NCBI GenBank assembly: GCA_965261595.1
Contig: CBDHDG010000007.1
Coordinates: 928,001 to 992,000, forward strand
Direction of reading: 5' to 3'
DNA length: 64,000 nt
Source: a bacterium
GTDB taxonomy: Bacteria; UBA8248; JACPRG01; G963555815
In this document: positions 31,728 to 43,449 of the stretch, in pieces
Layout of the letters: every line of letters starts with the position of its first letter
Position numbering within the stretch: the stretch's first letter is position 1
Position numbers and translations under genes: made by a program
The notes under the pieces: model-generated
What the model was told of the DNA's origin: nothing
Seen by the model: the letters and a program-made list of their open reading frames with translations, nothing else
Database searches by the model: none

Positions 31728-33161
31728 CTACGGCCCAGGGAGCCCGTAGCGCTCCCACCGCTCGGCCGCCCGGTCCAGGTACTTTTGGGGAGGAAGGGAG
31801 ACGTCCGGAAAGTCCGGCCAGGGCTTGGTGGCGTCGATGCAGATTTTGGAGCTGCGCTTCTCCCACAGGTTCTCGTCGTGCCGGCCCGCCGAGGGATCGA
31901 GCTGGACGGGGGCCGTGTTCGGGATCGTGAAAAGATCCCGGTGGGGCTGGACACGCCAGGCAAGCGCCCATTCCCGCTGGAAGGGGTCCCGGATATCCAC
32001 GTCCTCGTCCGTGACGACCACCCACTTCGCGAACGCGGGATGGTGCGTCCAGGCGGCCGAGAGGACCTGCTGGGCCTGCCCGGGATAGACTTGCTTCATC
32101 CGCACCCAACACATCGCGAGGCTGCCGGCCGGCTCGGGCAGGTGCACGTCCACGATCCCGGGAATCCTGAGGTCGTGGGTCAGGTGCTTGTAAATCTGGG
32201 CCTCCTCCGAGATCGCCCGGATCAGGCTCGACTCGCTGGGCGGCATCTGGCTGAAGAAGGCCTGATGAACGACATCCCTCCGGTGGGTGATGCAGTCGAT
32301 CTCGAAGACCGGCATGGAGTAGGGGCCGCCCATATAGCCGGTGAATTCGCCGAAGGGCCCCTCGGATTCGCGCACGTGGGGGGGGACGTGGCCCTCCAGG
32401 ACCATCTCGGCCCGGGCCGGAACCTCCAGGTCGATGGTCTTGCACCGGACCATCTCCACCGCGGCCCCGCGAAGGCCGCCGGCGATGGAGAGCTCGTCCA
32501 GTCCCAGGGGCGCCTTGGACACCGCGCCCATCAGGACCGTCGGCTCCACGCCGAGCGCCACGGCCATCGGCATGGGTTTTTCCGCGGCCTCCCAGCGGGA
32601 GAAGTGGACCGCCCCGTGTTGGCTGGGGTGATTCCAGAGGACTCCCGTCTTACGGGGTCCCTTGACCTGCATCCGGTAGACGCCCGCGTTGCGGCGGCCG
32701 GTCTCCAAATCCCACGTGAGCAGGCAGGCCGAAGTCAGAAAGGGGCCGGGATCCTTCTCGGGCGTCCAGATGGGAACCGGGAACCGGCCCAGATCGGCGT
32801 CCTCGCCCGTGAGGATCACTTCCTGGCAGGGTGGGTCGTCGTCGCCGAACGGCGCGGGCGCAACGGGCCGGCTCAGGGCCTCGCTCCATTTTTGGCTAAC
32901 CGCGTCGAAGCCTGGCCCGATCCCCAAGGCGTGGCGGTAGACCCGCTCCCCGCCGCCGACCGTTCCCACGACCAACGGCTGGTCGTAGCCCTTGATGTTC
33001 CGGAAGCCGAGGGCCCCCCGGACCTCCTTCGGAACCCGGCGGAAGTAGGTCCGGGTGACCGCGCTGATCTCCCAGTCCTTGTCGACCTCGGCGTCCACCC
33101 AATGGAGCAGGCCGTGATCCTCCAGGCCGCGGAGGTAGTCTCTCAGGTCTTGAAAAGGCAT
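31728..33161 (-). CDS. UbiD-family prFMN-dependent decarboxylase
   Basis: DLRDYL..LE, RNAGVYRMQ, VPARAEMVLEG, EGPFGEFTGY, DEDVDIRD, IDATKP. Confidence 0.92.
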   Translation of the reverse strand: MPFQDLRDYLRGLEDHGLLHWVDAEVDKDWEISAVTRTYFRRVPKEVRGALGFRNIKGYDQPLVVGTVGGGERVYRHALGIGPGFDAVSQKWSEALSRPVAPAPFGDDDPPCQEVILTGEDADLGRFPVPIWTPEKDPGPFLTSACLLTWDLETGRRNAGVYRMQVKGPRKTGVLWNHPSQHGAVHFSRWEAAEKPMPMAVALGVEPTVLMGAVSKAPLGLDELSIAGGLRGAAVEMVRCKTIDLEVPARAEMVLEGHVPPHVRESEGPFGEFTGYMGGPYSMPVFEIDCITHRRDVVHQAFFSQMPPSESSLIRAISEEAQIYKHLTHDLRIPGIVDVHLPEPAGSLAMCWVRMKQVYPGQAQQVLSAAWTHHPAFAKWVVVTDEDVDIRDPFQREWALAWRVQPHRDLFTIPNTAPVQLDPSAGRHDENLWEKRSSKICIDATKPWPDFPDVSLPPQKYLDRAAERWERYGLPGP

Positions 33162-33219
33162 GTGCGGTTCCGCCTTTCCGTGTTGAGCGCGCACAGGGAT
33201 GCCGGGGCGGGGCCGCCCG

Positions 33220-34209
33220 TCATCCGCAGGGGAGAAACTTCGTCGTGTAGGCCTGGTCGATGTCCACCGTTGCCTTGACGTTCCGGGCGCTGAACATGAT
33301 GTCCCGCGTGCGGACGAGCTTGTCCCGATCGATCCAGCCGATGCAGTGCTTTTTGGCTCCCTCGGTCAGGACCAGATCCCGGAGGACGTCGATCTCGGCC
33401 AGGGCGATGGATGGGTCGAGCGTCGACTGGTGTTTCATGAAGATGCGGTTGGCCTCCTTGGGATTCCGCATCGCCCATCCGTACCCCTTGACGGCCCCGG
33501 CCACGAAGGTCCGGAGAGCCCCGGATTTGTTTTTCACGTACTTCTCCGTGGTCATCAGACCGTTCGCGTAGATGTCGAAGCCGTGGTCCGCCAGGAGCAG
33601 GAAGCTGAACTGTCCGTGCTTGGCCGGATCGAGCCGCTTGTACTGAATCGTGTCGAACAGGAAGTTCTGCACCATGTCCACCTTGCCGGCCAGCAGCGAA
33701 GCCGTATAGGCGGACGAGGACATGGTCAGCCATTTTACCCGCTTCGGATCGATCCCGGTCACTTTCGCGAACGCGGGGAACATGGCCCGCGCGGAAGAGC
33801 CGGCCGAAGCGCCGAAAGTCTTCCCCTCCAGGTCTTTGGGGACCCGGATGCCGGTCTTTTTATTCGAGATGATGACGAAGGGGGCTTTGGCGTAGAAGAC
33901 GCTCACGATGACCAGGGGCGCTCCCTTGGCGCGGGAGATCAGGGCCGGGCCGGGACCCGCGAAGCCGATGTCGGCACCGCCCGAGGCGACGATGCGGGCG
34001 CCCTTCGACCCGCCGTATCCGCGCGAGATCGAGACGTCCAGACCTCCCTTCCGCCAGTAGCCTTTATCCAGGGCGACATAATAGGGGGTGTGGCGGCCCG
34101 CGATGATCCAGTCCAGCACCAACCGGACTTTCTCGGCTGAAGAGGCCGCCGATGTGAGAATTCCCAACGTCAAAACCAGCGCAAGCCCAACCCAGATGGC
34201 CTTCTTCAT
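33220..34209 (-). CDS. ABC transporter substrate-binding protein, NMT1/THI5/SsuA-like
   Basis: Signal peptide; LDW....H..YYVALDKGY....GLDV, PKDLEGK. Confidence 0.88.
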   Translation of the reverse strand: MKKAIWVGLALVLTLGILTSAASSAEKVRLVLDWIIAGRHTPYYVALDKGYWRKGGLDVSISRGYGGSKGARIVASGGADIGFAGPGPALISRAKGAPLVIVSVFYAKAPFVIISNKKTGIRVPKDLEGKTFGASAGSSARAMFPAFAKVTGIDPKRVKWLTMSSSAYTASLLAGKVDMVQNFLFDTIQYKRLDPAKHGQFSFLLLADHGFDIYANGLMTTEKYVKNKSGALRTFVAGAVKGYGWAMRNPKEANRIFMKHQSTLDPSIALAEIDVLRDLVLTEGAKKHCIGWIDRDKLVRTRDIMFSARNVKATVDIDQAYTTKFLPCG

Positions 34210-34684
34210 TCGTTCCCTCCTTCTGATGTGCAAAAAACAGCGCTGAAATCCCTCCCGGTTCTCATCCTGTCGCTTCGTCCTCTGAACGCTCGTTCGTTGA
34301 TCTTCCAGGGAGGAAGCCCTTTGAAGAACCCTCGACACCAAGAGAATGCATGGGACAATTCTTATATTCTAACATTTTTCAGATTTCAGGGGAACGTTGG
34401 AAAAGGTGAAAGGGATCAATTCTTTCAGAGACGCCCAACAGCAAATCTTGAATCTCGAATTTACATCGTAAAAGCATTCCGGCCCCGCTGACGCGCCCTT
34501 GCGCCCGCGTGCGCCGCTCCCGAGGAATACGGCGATTCCGCGCCCCCTCCCTATTGCGGCGGCTTGTCCCAAGAGATAGGGTTTGAAGACGGGTTTCGCG
34601 CCGGGATCTCAGCAACGACGGGGGGAACGCCCGGAACCGCCCGTTTCATTTAACCGACACCCTCTTTTGAACAGGAGGCTGGCC

Positions 34685-35236
34685 GTGACATCTTCCGAAT
34701 TGCTCAGCGGACTCGATCCCGACGTCCTGGCCAAGGGAAGGACGCTCGTCATCGAGGCGGACATCACGACCTTGGACACCATGGCCAAGGAAGGCGTGGT
34801 GAAGGGGGGAGCGGGGATCTCTTGGACCCTTCGGTGCGACGAGGGAAAACACGTGGGAGGGGAAGGCGCCGCCCCCGCCCCGCTGGATTACTTCACCATC
34901 GGCATCGGGTTCTGAACGCTGACCCAGCTCGCGCGGTACGCGCGAATGATGAAGATCGATGTCCGGGGGGCGCGGATGCACGTCCATGCGGAATTCACGG
35001 CGCAAGGCTCGGTTCTGGCCCAGACGGTGGAGTCGGCCTGCCGGGGCGTGACGTACCGGCTGGAGATCGAGTCCGACGAGCCGCCCGAGCGAATCGCCGG
35101 TCTCATCCGCAACGCCGAGAACGGCTGCTTCGCCCTCTCGGCCATCAAGCGGCCGGTCGAGGTGCGGGGCGAGTTCTCGCTGAACGGCGAAACCATCGAC
35201 CTCGACGCCTACCCGCCGCCGAAGCGTCCCGGTTGA
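34685..35236 (+). CDS. OsmC-like protein with in-frame UGA (probable selenocysteine)
   Basis: RBS AGGAGG + GTG. ...CDEG..VGGEGAAPAPLDYFTIGIGF-TGA-TLTQLARYA...AENGCFA is in one frame, with TGA (34913-34915) at the first OsmC Cys position. Confidence 0.85.
34929..34945 (+). promoter_or_regulatory. Putative bacterial SECIS hairpin
   Basis: tcgcgcg-gta-cgcgcga perfect 7-bp stem starting 13 nt after the UGA, with G at the start of the apical loop. Confidence 0.7.
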
Positions 35237-35302
35237 GGGGGAGGGGGAGGGGGAGGAACACGTAAGCAATTTTTGGCCGGACAAGCAAGCGGGAGAGAGA
35301 AC

Positions 35303-36073
35303 ATGACCAATCAGGTTCGAATCATCCACTACGGAGAGCAGGGATTTCCAGGCTCCGCCCTGTATCACATGAGCCGGTTCGGTGAAGTCCTGAAGATCCC
35401 GTTCTATTTCTGGGTCGTCCGGGGCGGGGGCCGGACCGTCCTGATCGATACGGGGGTCAGCCCGGAGCAGGCGAAGATCGAGAACGAGAACACCGTGGCC
35501 CGGTTCGGGAAGGAGTGCGCGTGGATCGTCCCTCCCGAAAAAGACCCCGTCAAGCAATTGGCCGATATCGGGATCGCGCCCGACGACGTGGACGCAATCA
35601 TTTTCACCCATCTTCACGGCGACCACTCCGCGAACCTTCCCTCGTTCCCAAAGTCTAAGCTCGTCATGGCGCGAAGGGCGTGGGAGGCGATTACCTCCCC
35701 GGCCCACCCGGACTTAATCAAGCCGGGTTTCTATCCCGACTATGTGATGGAGGAGCTTCACCGCGAGCTGGGCAAGAGGTTCCGGCTGGTGGAGGACGGG
35801 GAGGACGTCTTCCCCGGCATTCGCTGTTACCGGGTCGGCGGACACAGCCCCGATTTAACGGTGGTGACGGCGGAGACTTCCGAGGGGGAGGTGGTGTTCG
35901 CGAGTGACGCGGCCGTTTTTTATGACAGCCTCGAGCTCGGCCGGCCGACCTCCAGCTTCAACATGGCGGATTCCCTATACGCCCTCGACTTCATCAAAGG
36001 CCGCGGCGGGACCGTCCTGCCGGGACACGACTGGGATGTTCTGAAGCGTCATCCAGGCTGTGTTATCGGTTGA
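35303..36073 (+). CDS. Metallo-beta-lactamase-fold hydrolase (AHL-lactonase-like)
   Basis: LIDTG, THLHGDH, GGHS, SDA, PGHD. Confidence 0.88.
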   Translation: MTNQVRIIHYGEQGFPGSALYHMSRFGEVLKIPFYFWVVRGGGRTVLIDTGVSPEQAKIENENTVARFGKECAWIVPPEKDPVKQLADIGIAPDDVDAIIFTHLHGDHSANLPSFPKSKLVMARRAWEAITSPAHPDLIKPGFYPDYVMEELHRELGKRFRLVEDGEDVFPGIRCYRVGGHSPDLTVVTAETSEGEVVFASDAAVFYDSLELGRPTSSFNMADSLYALDFIKGRGGTVLPGHDWDVLKRHPGCVIG

Positions 36074-36483
36074 CATTCAAAAAGTCCCCGCCTATCAAAT
36101 AGCCTTGCCCACCTCGACATACAGAATTTCCTCGGGATTTCGGAAATGGACCGTTGCGCTTATCGGCCCGCATCAAAAAGAGCCGGCGAGAGGCGGCCAT
36201 TCGTTTGTATAGAATATTTCACTAAAAGACAGCATGGAAATTCAGCCCAGGAAATGCCTCGGCTTATTCTTCTTCACCTTTACGAAGTGTTACCTTGAAC
36301 TTGTATGACATCTTAAGTAGAATAAAAGATTCCAATTAAGTATTTGCGCCTGTTTCATACCCGGGAGAGTCTTGATTTGCCGCCACGGATTCCGGAAACC
36401 AAGTCATAAAGGGTTTCTGGAGCGGGGACCGCCATGTCGGCAGGGATAACCGAAGACTCTCGGTCAATCACCTTGAGACCCCC

Positions 36484-37887
36484 TGGACCGCCCCTGGGTT
36501 ATTGGACACTCGGGTGAGGGTATTCGACCTCATGCGGCCTCCGCAACTTGAGCGAGTTTTTCCTGCCTTGCCTGGGCCGGCGTTCGGTAGCCGTAGCCCT
36601 CGAGAATCCAATGATGGTTGTACAGGTTCTTGAACTCAAGCAGCGCCCACCGCAGTTCCTCTACGGTGGCGAAAGAGCGCACCCACAGGAGATTCTCCTT
36701 CAAGATGCGGATAAACCACTCACAGTAGCCATTTCCCTCGGGCGCCCGCACGAAGCTGGGCGAACTGGTCATGCCCAGGTAGGCGATCTCCCGCTGAAAG
36801 TCATCGGACAGATAGGCGGGGCCGTGGTCGTGACGAACTTTAAGCCCCTCGGCGACGTCCGCCTCCAAGCCGGCGAAGCGCTCGGCGACCCCCTGCCGGA
36901 TCGGCTCCAGGGCCTCGAAGCGGTTGCCGCTCTTGGCCGCATGGATCCCCACGCAGTCCACCGAGCAGTGATCCACCGCCACGAACACCGAGGCCACCCC
37001 CTCCTCGGTGGTCACCGTCGTCGTCATGTCCGTGCCCCACATTCGGTCGGGCCGCTCGGTGCGGATGGTCCCGTTGTGGGCCTTGGGACCTCGGGGTTTG
37101 CCCACCCGGTGGGGGGCCTGAAGCCCCGCCTCCCGCATCAGGCGACGCACCCGCTCCTTGCTGGTGCGGATGCCCGCGAAGCGCAGCCTCGCCCACACCT
37201 TGCGGTAGCCCTCGCCATGGAAGGGAGAGTCCTCCAGGACCTGCCGGATGTGGCCGAGGAGTTCCGCATCGGTGCACGGGCCCACAGGGCCGCGCTTATT
37301 GGGCGTGGGGCGTTCATGAACGGGGACCGCCTCTCGCCGCCGTTGCGCGTAGACCGTGGAGCGCGCCAAGCCCCAAAGGGCGCACACCCGCTTCAGGCCG
37401 TAGGCTCTGCCCGTGGAGGTGAAGCGGGCCTGACTCATCGCCTCCACCTCCTGCCGGCTAAAGGGCGGCCGGCCTCCAGGCGGTCGATCTTCTCCCGCAG
37501 GACCTCGCCCTCCATCGTGAGTTCGCCCACCTTGGCCTTGAGCCGGGCGTTCTCCTCGTCCCGCTCATCCGCCGGGCGGGCTTTGAGCGCCGCCTCGCCC
37601 CCGCGAAGGAACGCCTCGCGCCAGGCGGAAAGCCGAACCGCTGTCGTGCCCAACTCGCGGCAGAGCGTCTCCAGGCTCTCGCCCCGCAAAAGACGCAGGA
37701 CCGCCTCCCGCTTGCGCTGGCAGGAGAACCGACCCCGCTCACTGCGATGCCCTGGGGCCTTGGCTCCGTTCGCCCTGCGGGCGCCCTCCGCCAAAGCCCC
37801 CTCTTGCTTTTGTTCGTTCATCGCGACACCCCTTTCTCCATGAATCATGGATCAATCGAGTGTCCAACAAAACCCTAGAGCGGGGGA
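36484..37887 (-). mobile_element. IS3-family element, apparently intact (orfA about 37821-37435; orfB 37438-36530)
   Basis: Inverted ends containing ...ggg.t.ttggacact; CCCC on both flanks (possible TSD); WGTDMT, RHDHG, PEGNG..E motifs. Confidence 0.88.
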
Positions 37888-37960
37888 CCCCGGCCGTACA
37901 AACTCCTACTCATTTCGCACGATGGCTCGAATCCAATAGCTCGCGTGAGGGGAGCACTGA

Positions 37961-38572
37961 TTGTTCCCCGGAGGAGTCGTCGAGCGCATAATTGTATCCA
38001 GTGTTCTCATCATATCAATTTTACTTCAATTTACGGCGGCCTTCCTCGCGTTGCGGCTGATTCGTTTCACCGGGAAGAGAACGGCGTGGGTTTTCATCGC
38101 GGCGGCCGTTTTCCTTATGGGTGTCCGGCGCTCGATCACACTGTGTCGATTGTTTTCCGGAGACCATTCCCATCCCCCAGACTTGTCCGCCGAAGTCGTC
38201 GCCCTTGCGATCTCGGTCTTCATGGTGGCGGGCGTCGGCTGGCTCGCCCCTTTGTTTCTCTCCATCCGACGTTCGTCGGAGGCGCTGCGGAAATCCGCGG
38301 AAGCGCTCAAGACCCGCCTGGTGGAGCAGGAGGGACTTGTGAGCGCGCTGGAACAGGTCACCTCCGACGTGGAGGTGGAAGCGGTGATCGAGTCCGTGCT
38401 GGGCGAAAGCACGCGGGTGATGGGGACGGACCGGTGCGCCGTCATGCTCCCGGACGCGAAAGGCGACGCGGGGCTGAGTCGACAGCAGGCTGAAGATGGA
38501 CCCGTCGATATACAAAGGGAGATTTTTAATTGCATGAATAGGCTTTATTGCCTAAATTCTTATACTTATTGA
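37961..38572 (+). pseudogene. Truncated sensor-kinase N-terminus (membrane segments + start of GAF)
   Basis: Three TM helices (SILLQFTAAFLALRLI...W..IAAA..LMG.RR), then a GAF start (MGTDRCAVML) that breaks into AT-rich sequence. Confidence 0.6.
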
Positions 38573-39228
38573 TTAGGGCAGCTTCAATGATGAGCCTTTG
38601 ATTTTTGGCCGGGGATGGCCTTTCGGGTTTTTCACGAATCCGGCATCGGGGCGAGGACGCATGGCTCAACCCTTGCCATTTCCCCGAAAGCTGCTGAATG
38701 GTGGCGCCATCCCGCACTTTGCCTCCGACCGGGAAAGGGGAGTCGGCGAATTCGGGCAAACCACGTATTCGGGCTCGTTGCGGACCTTCGGACTCCGCGG
38801 CCGCGGAGATCGCCCTGCGGTCGTCCGGTTGCCATATTCTTTCCGAGGTTTGGAATCGAGTGTGCGGTTTCGCAATGGATGACCCGAAAATTTATCCAGA
38901 ATCCATGAGCGGGTGGATTGACAACCGGTCAGGAGCTTGGTCACCTAAGCGAGCCCCCCGTATACTAGAAAGGATCGCGTAAGTCCAAATTTTTTGTTCC
39001 CTTAAGATATTGGCTACACGACCAAACGATCCGCCCTTGGACGAGGATCAGAATCCTGGGGACGAACCACACAGCGGATCCCCCCCGTTCCCGTAATATT
39101 TGGAGATTGATTTCAAATATCTGATAATCCGCAAATCCTGATTTGGGACGCTTCTTGATGCTGCCTGGTCTCTATGAAAATTTGTTGAGGGGGCTGAGGA
39201 TTGGTTCATCAGGTAGGGAGAGCAAGGG

Positions 39229-42200
39229 ATGACTTCATCAACGGCGACGCGTGTTCCCAATATCGATGATCCCCTGGACCTGCTTCACCGCATCCTCGAT
39301 GATTGTCTCCGCGTTCTATCGGCGGACCGGTGCGGCCTCTTTCTGAAAGACCCGGAGGAGGGCGATTTTCGACTGATCACGTCCATCGGCCTTTCTGAAG
39401 CGTATCTGTCCGCGACATTGGAGCGGCGGGTGGGTTTCCCAAATTCACAGATGCTTCAAGAGCCCCGGTTTCTTTACTACCCCGATGCACAATGCGATTC
39501 CCGCCTGAAGGATATTTGGTCTCAAATCCGCGAGGAGGGGATTCGGTCGGTCATCAGTGTGCCGCTGCCGTCTGAAGAACAACCGATTGGCGTATTTCTG
39601 CTTTATTTCGATCAACCGCGAGAGATCTCCCCCGAGGACACGCGTACGATTCGCACCTTTGCCGACCTTGCCGCCATCGCCATTGAGAACCTGCGCCTCT
39701 ATGAACGGGAGAAAGAGGCGTCCCGGCGCCTGGGCCGCCTCCAGGAACTGGCCCTCCAGGTCTCATCCCCCCTCGATTTGTCCCAGCTCTTTCAGGCCGT
39801 CACGGACGCGACGGAGGAGCTTCTGGGAGATCCTCAGTCAAAACCCTCTTATTCGAGAATCTATTTGTGCGACGAAAGCGCCGATCAAATTGTGTCCCGG
39901 GCTGAATCGGGCCTCTCCCCTGAAGTGCTGGGTGGCTCGAAGACCCTGGCTTTGGGAGAGGGGCTTGCGGGTTGCGTCGCGCTGACCCAGCAGCCGCTCA
40001 TCGTCCCGGATGTGCAAGAAGACCCGCGGGTGGCCGAGCGGGGATATGCCAAGACCCGGGGACTTCACCATTCCTTCATCGGCGTTCCGCTTCTGGTCAC
40101 GGGCGAAATTTCGGGCGTCCTCACCTGCGTGTCTCGGGAAACCTCCACTTTCACCGAAACTGATCTGCATTTGATCGAATCCCTGGCCGGCCATGCGGTC
40201 GTTGCCATCGAGAAAGCCCGGGCCTTCGAGGAGATCAAAACACGGTCGGACCGGCAGGAGGCGTTGCGCAAAGTCACCGGTGACATCACCCGACACCTGG
40301 ATCTGCCCACCCTCTTCCGCCGAATCTGCGAGGGGGTCTGCGGGCTGCTGGACGTGGAATTCGGCCGGGTGTTCGTTTTGGAGGAATCCGCCGAGGCTTT
40401 CCGGCTCGCCGGCTACTTCAACCGCATTCAAAAGGATTATCAACCCACCCCGGTGGTTCCAAAGGGAATAGGGATCGTTTCCCGGGTCTACACGGAACGG
40501 GCCCCCGTGATCGTTTCCGATATCGGAAAAGGCCCTGACTGGTACAACCAGGAAGGGATCGATCGATTGGGCGTTCGCTCCTTTGTCGGGGTTCCCCTGC
40601 TTTTGCGGAGCCGCGTTGTGGGCGTGCTTCACTGCTTCACAACCCAACCAAGGGAATTCCAATCCGATGAGATCGAGCTCCTCCGCGATTTCGCCGATCA
40701 GGCCGCCGTGGCGCTGGAGAACGCCCGGCTCCTTCAAGAGTCCGAGAAGCGGACAACCAACCTCGAAGTTCTGAGTGAGATCGCAAAGGCGGTGAATGCC
40801 ACATAGGATCTCCAGGAGCTCTTCCGTGTCACCGTAGAGCAGGTCAAACGGGTGATCCCGTGTGAGCGTTGCAGTGTCTATAAGGTTGAGCCCGACAAGC
40901 AGGTCATATCGAGAATTTATGCGGTGGACGACATCGGGGGACGGGTGAATCGAATTCCTCCCAGTTCCCTGAGGGGGAGCGAATTCGAACATGTCCTGGC
41001 AACCCAAAAGGCCAGATATATCCCGGATACACGAAAAAACTCGCACCCCCGAATGCAACACATGGCGGCGGAGGGCCTGCGCTCAATCATCCAAATCCCT
41101 ATCCTGAGCGAGGGGGAGTGTATCGGTTTCCTGAACATCTACTCCAGTAAGGCGGACGGATTTACAACGGAGCAAATCAACCTGCTGGGCTCGGTGGCGG
41201 ACCACCTGGCCTTCGCCCTGAGGAACGCCGAGCTTTACGCCCGGGCGAAGGAGAGCGGCGATCGGCTCGACAATTTCGTCCGAAGCGCGTCGGACGGAAT
41301 CATCACCGTGGACCTGAAAGGACGGATCACCTCCTGGAACCCGGGCGCGGAGGGGATGTACGGCTACTCGGAAAAGGAAATGCTCGGGGAGGATCTCCTA
41401 CGGGTCTTTCCTCAAACCGAGCGGGAAAAGGGAGAACTCCTGATGCCGATGAAATCTGGGAAGGCCGTCTCCGCGTTCGAGACAGTCCGGCGGCGAAAAG
41501 ACGGATCACGGGTGAACATCTCCCTGACGCTTTCCCCCATTAAAAACGCCGAGGGCCGGCTCGTGGGGATTAGTGGAATCCAAAGGGATATCACCGAGCG
41601 CAAACGGGCCGAGGAGGCCCTCAAGCTCACGCAGTTCTCCGTCGAACGGACGGCCGACCCGGTCTTCTGGATCGACGCGGACAGCCGGTTTCTGAACGTA
41701 AACGACACCGCATGCCGCCACCTCGGCTATTCACGGGAAGAGCTGCTCTCGATGACGGTCTCGGACATCAACCCGGCGTTCCCGCCGGAGAGATGGGCCG
41801 AGTATTGGAAAGAGGTCAAGCGAAAGGGATCGCTCACGTTCGAGTCCAGTCAGAGACGGAAGGACGGCAGCGAGGTCCCGGTCGAGGTCGCTACCAACTA
41901 CATGGAATTCAACGGAAAGGAATACGATTTCGCCTTCGTCCGCGACATTACCGAGCGTAAACGGGCCGAAGACGCGTTGCGCGAGAGCGAAGCGCGGAAC
42001 CGGGCCATTCTTCAGGCCGCTCCGGACGGGATCCTCACCTTCGATGAGAGCGGTGTGATCGACTCGTTCAACCCGGCGGCGGAGCGGATCTTCGGCTTGT
42101 CCGCTCCCGAGGTGCTGGACGGGAAAATCGGGGCGCTGATGGACGGCGACGACGCCCCAAGGTTCGAGGCCTACCTGCAATGGTATCTGCAAACCGGCGA

Positions 42201-43411
42201 GAATGAGGTTGGGGGGGCGACGGATCTTCACGGGCATCATCCGGGACTTGACCGCCCACAAGACCATCGAGAACCGAATTCACCAGGCGGAGCGGATGGA
42301 AAGCACCGGGATCCTGGCGAGGGGGATCGCCCATGATTTCGGGAATCTTCTGACCTCCATCCAAGCCAATCTGATGCTGGCGTTGACGGAAATGAAGCCG
42401 GCCGATCCGGGATTTATTCATCTCTCCCGCCTCAGCCAGGCCGCCAACCGGGCCGCCGAGCTTGTCACCCGGCTCCGCGCGCTGGGCCGGGATCTCCCCA
42501 TTCAAAAGCGGCGGGTCAATCTGAACAAAGAGCTGCAAACTGTCCTTGATCTCCTCCCGGCAATCATTCCGGACCCCATCGAAGTCGAAATTCAACCCTG
42601 CCGGGAGATCTGCACCACCCAAGCGGACCCGGCTTTTCTCCAGGATACGTTGATCAATCTTTGCCTGAACGCCAAAGACGCCATGCCGGAAGGCGGGCGT
42701 TTGAGTATCGGGATCGAGCGCCTTCTGCTCGAGGCGGGCCATCCGGATCTGAGGCGGGACATGGCGCCGGGAGCGTACGACTGCATCTCCGTTCGCGACA
42801 GCGGCAAGGGAATGACCCAAGACGTGCGGGACAAAATCTTCGAACCTTTTTTTACGACCAAAGGATCCAGCAAAGGGACAGGCCTCGGTTTGCCCATGGT
42901 GCAGCGGATTGTCAAGGAGCATAACGGGTTCATCAACATCGAGAGCAAACCGGGCGAGGGGACGACTTTCTGGGTGTACCTTCCCGTCCCGCAGATGGAG
43001 CCCGCCGGCCCGGACTTTCCGGGCGCCGACCGTCTGGCCTCCGGAAAGGGGGAGCGTATCCTGCTCATCGACGATGACCTGCTCGTTCTGGACGTGATCG
43101 AGGAAATGCTCAGCGCCTGCGGCTACGAGGTGACAACCGCGACCTGCGGCCAGGAAGGCGTCCAATTATTCAGCGAGGCGCCGGAGCATATCAACCTGGT
43201 TCTGACGGACGTTGTGATGCCGGATTTTTCCGGCCGGGAGGTGTTCCGCCGGATCCGGAAGATGCGGGGGGACGTGAAGGTGCTGTTCTCGAGCGGCAAC
43301 CAAGTCGAGCTTCCCGAGGCCGTCGAAGAGAACGGAGCCGCTTTCATTCAAAAACCTTACTCGTTGTCAGAGCTCCTGAAAGGAATCCGGCAGATGCTGG
43401 ACAGACCCTGA
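39229..43411 (+). pseudogene. Multi-GAF/PAS hybrid histidine kinase-receiver; in-frame TAG at 40804 and frameshift/deletion about 42210
   Basis: About 4 GAF repeats (AAIAIEN.RL), 3 PAS (RDITERKRAE), H-box AHDFGN, N/G boxes (FFTTK..GTGLGL), REC (TDVVMP). Confidence 0.9.
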
Positions 43412-43449
43412 CCTCGCCCAAAGCTGAGCCCATCCCGCCCGGCAAGCGT

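Noticed and set aside
31713..33278. Long antisense ORFs (e.g. 31713-33278, 29104-30672, 36548-37843, 43645-44889, 48021-49472)
   Set aside because: Shadow frames of real high-GC genes on the opposite strand, with no motifs of their own.
40804..40806. In-frame TAG in the hybrid kinase as pyrrolysine or stop-codon reassignment
   Set aside because: The position corresponds to Leu in the (S/T)LDL GAF motif, the gene has a second lesion, and TAG terminates intact genes here (e.g. 27497, 31006).
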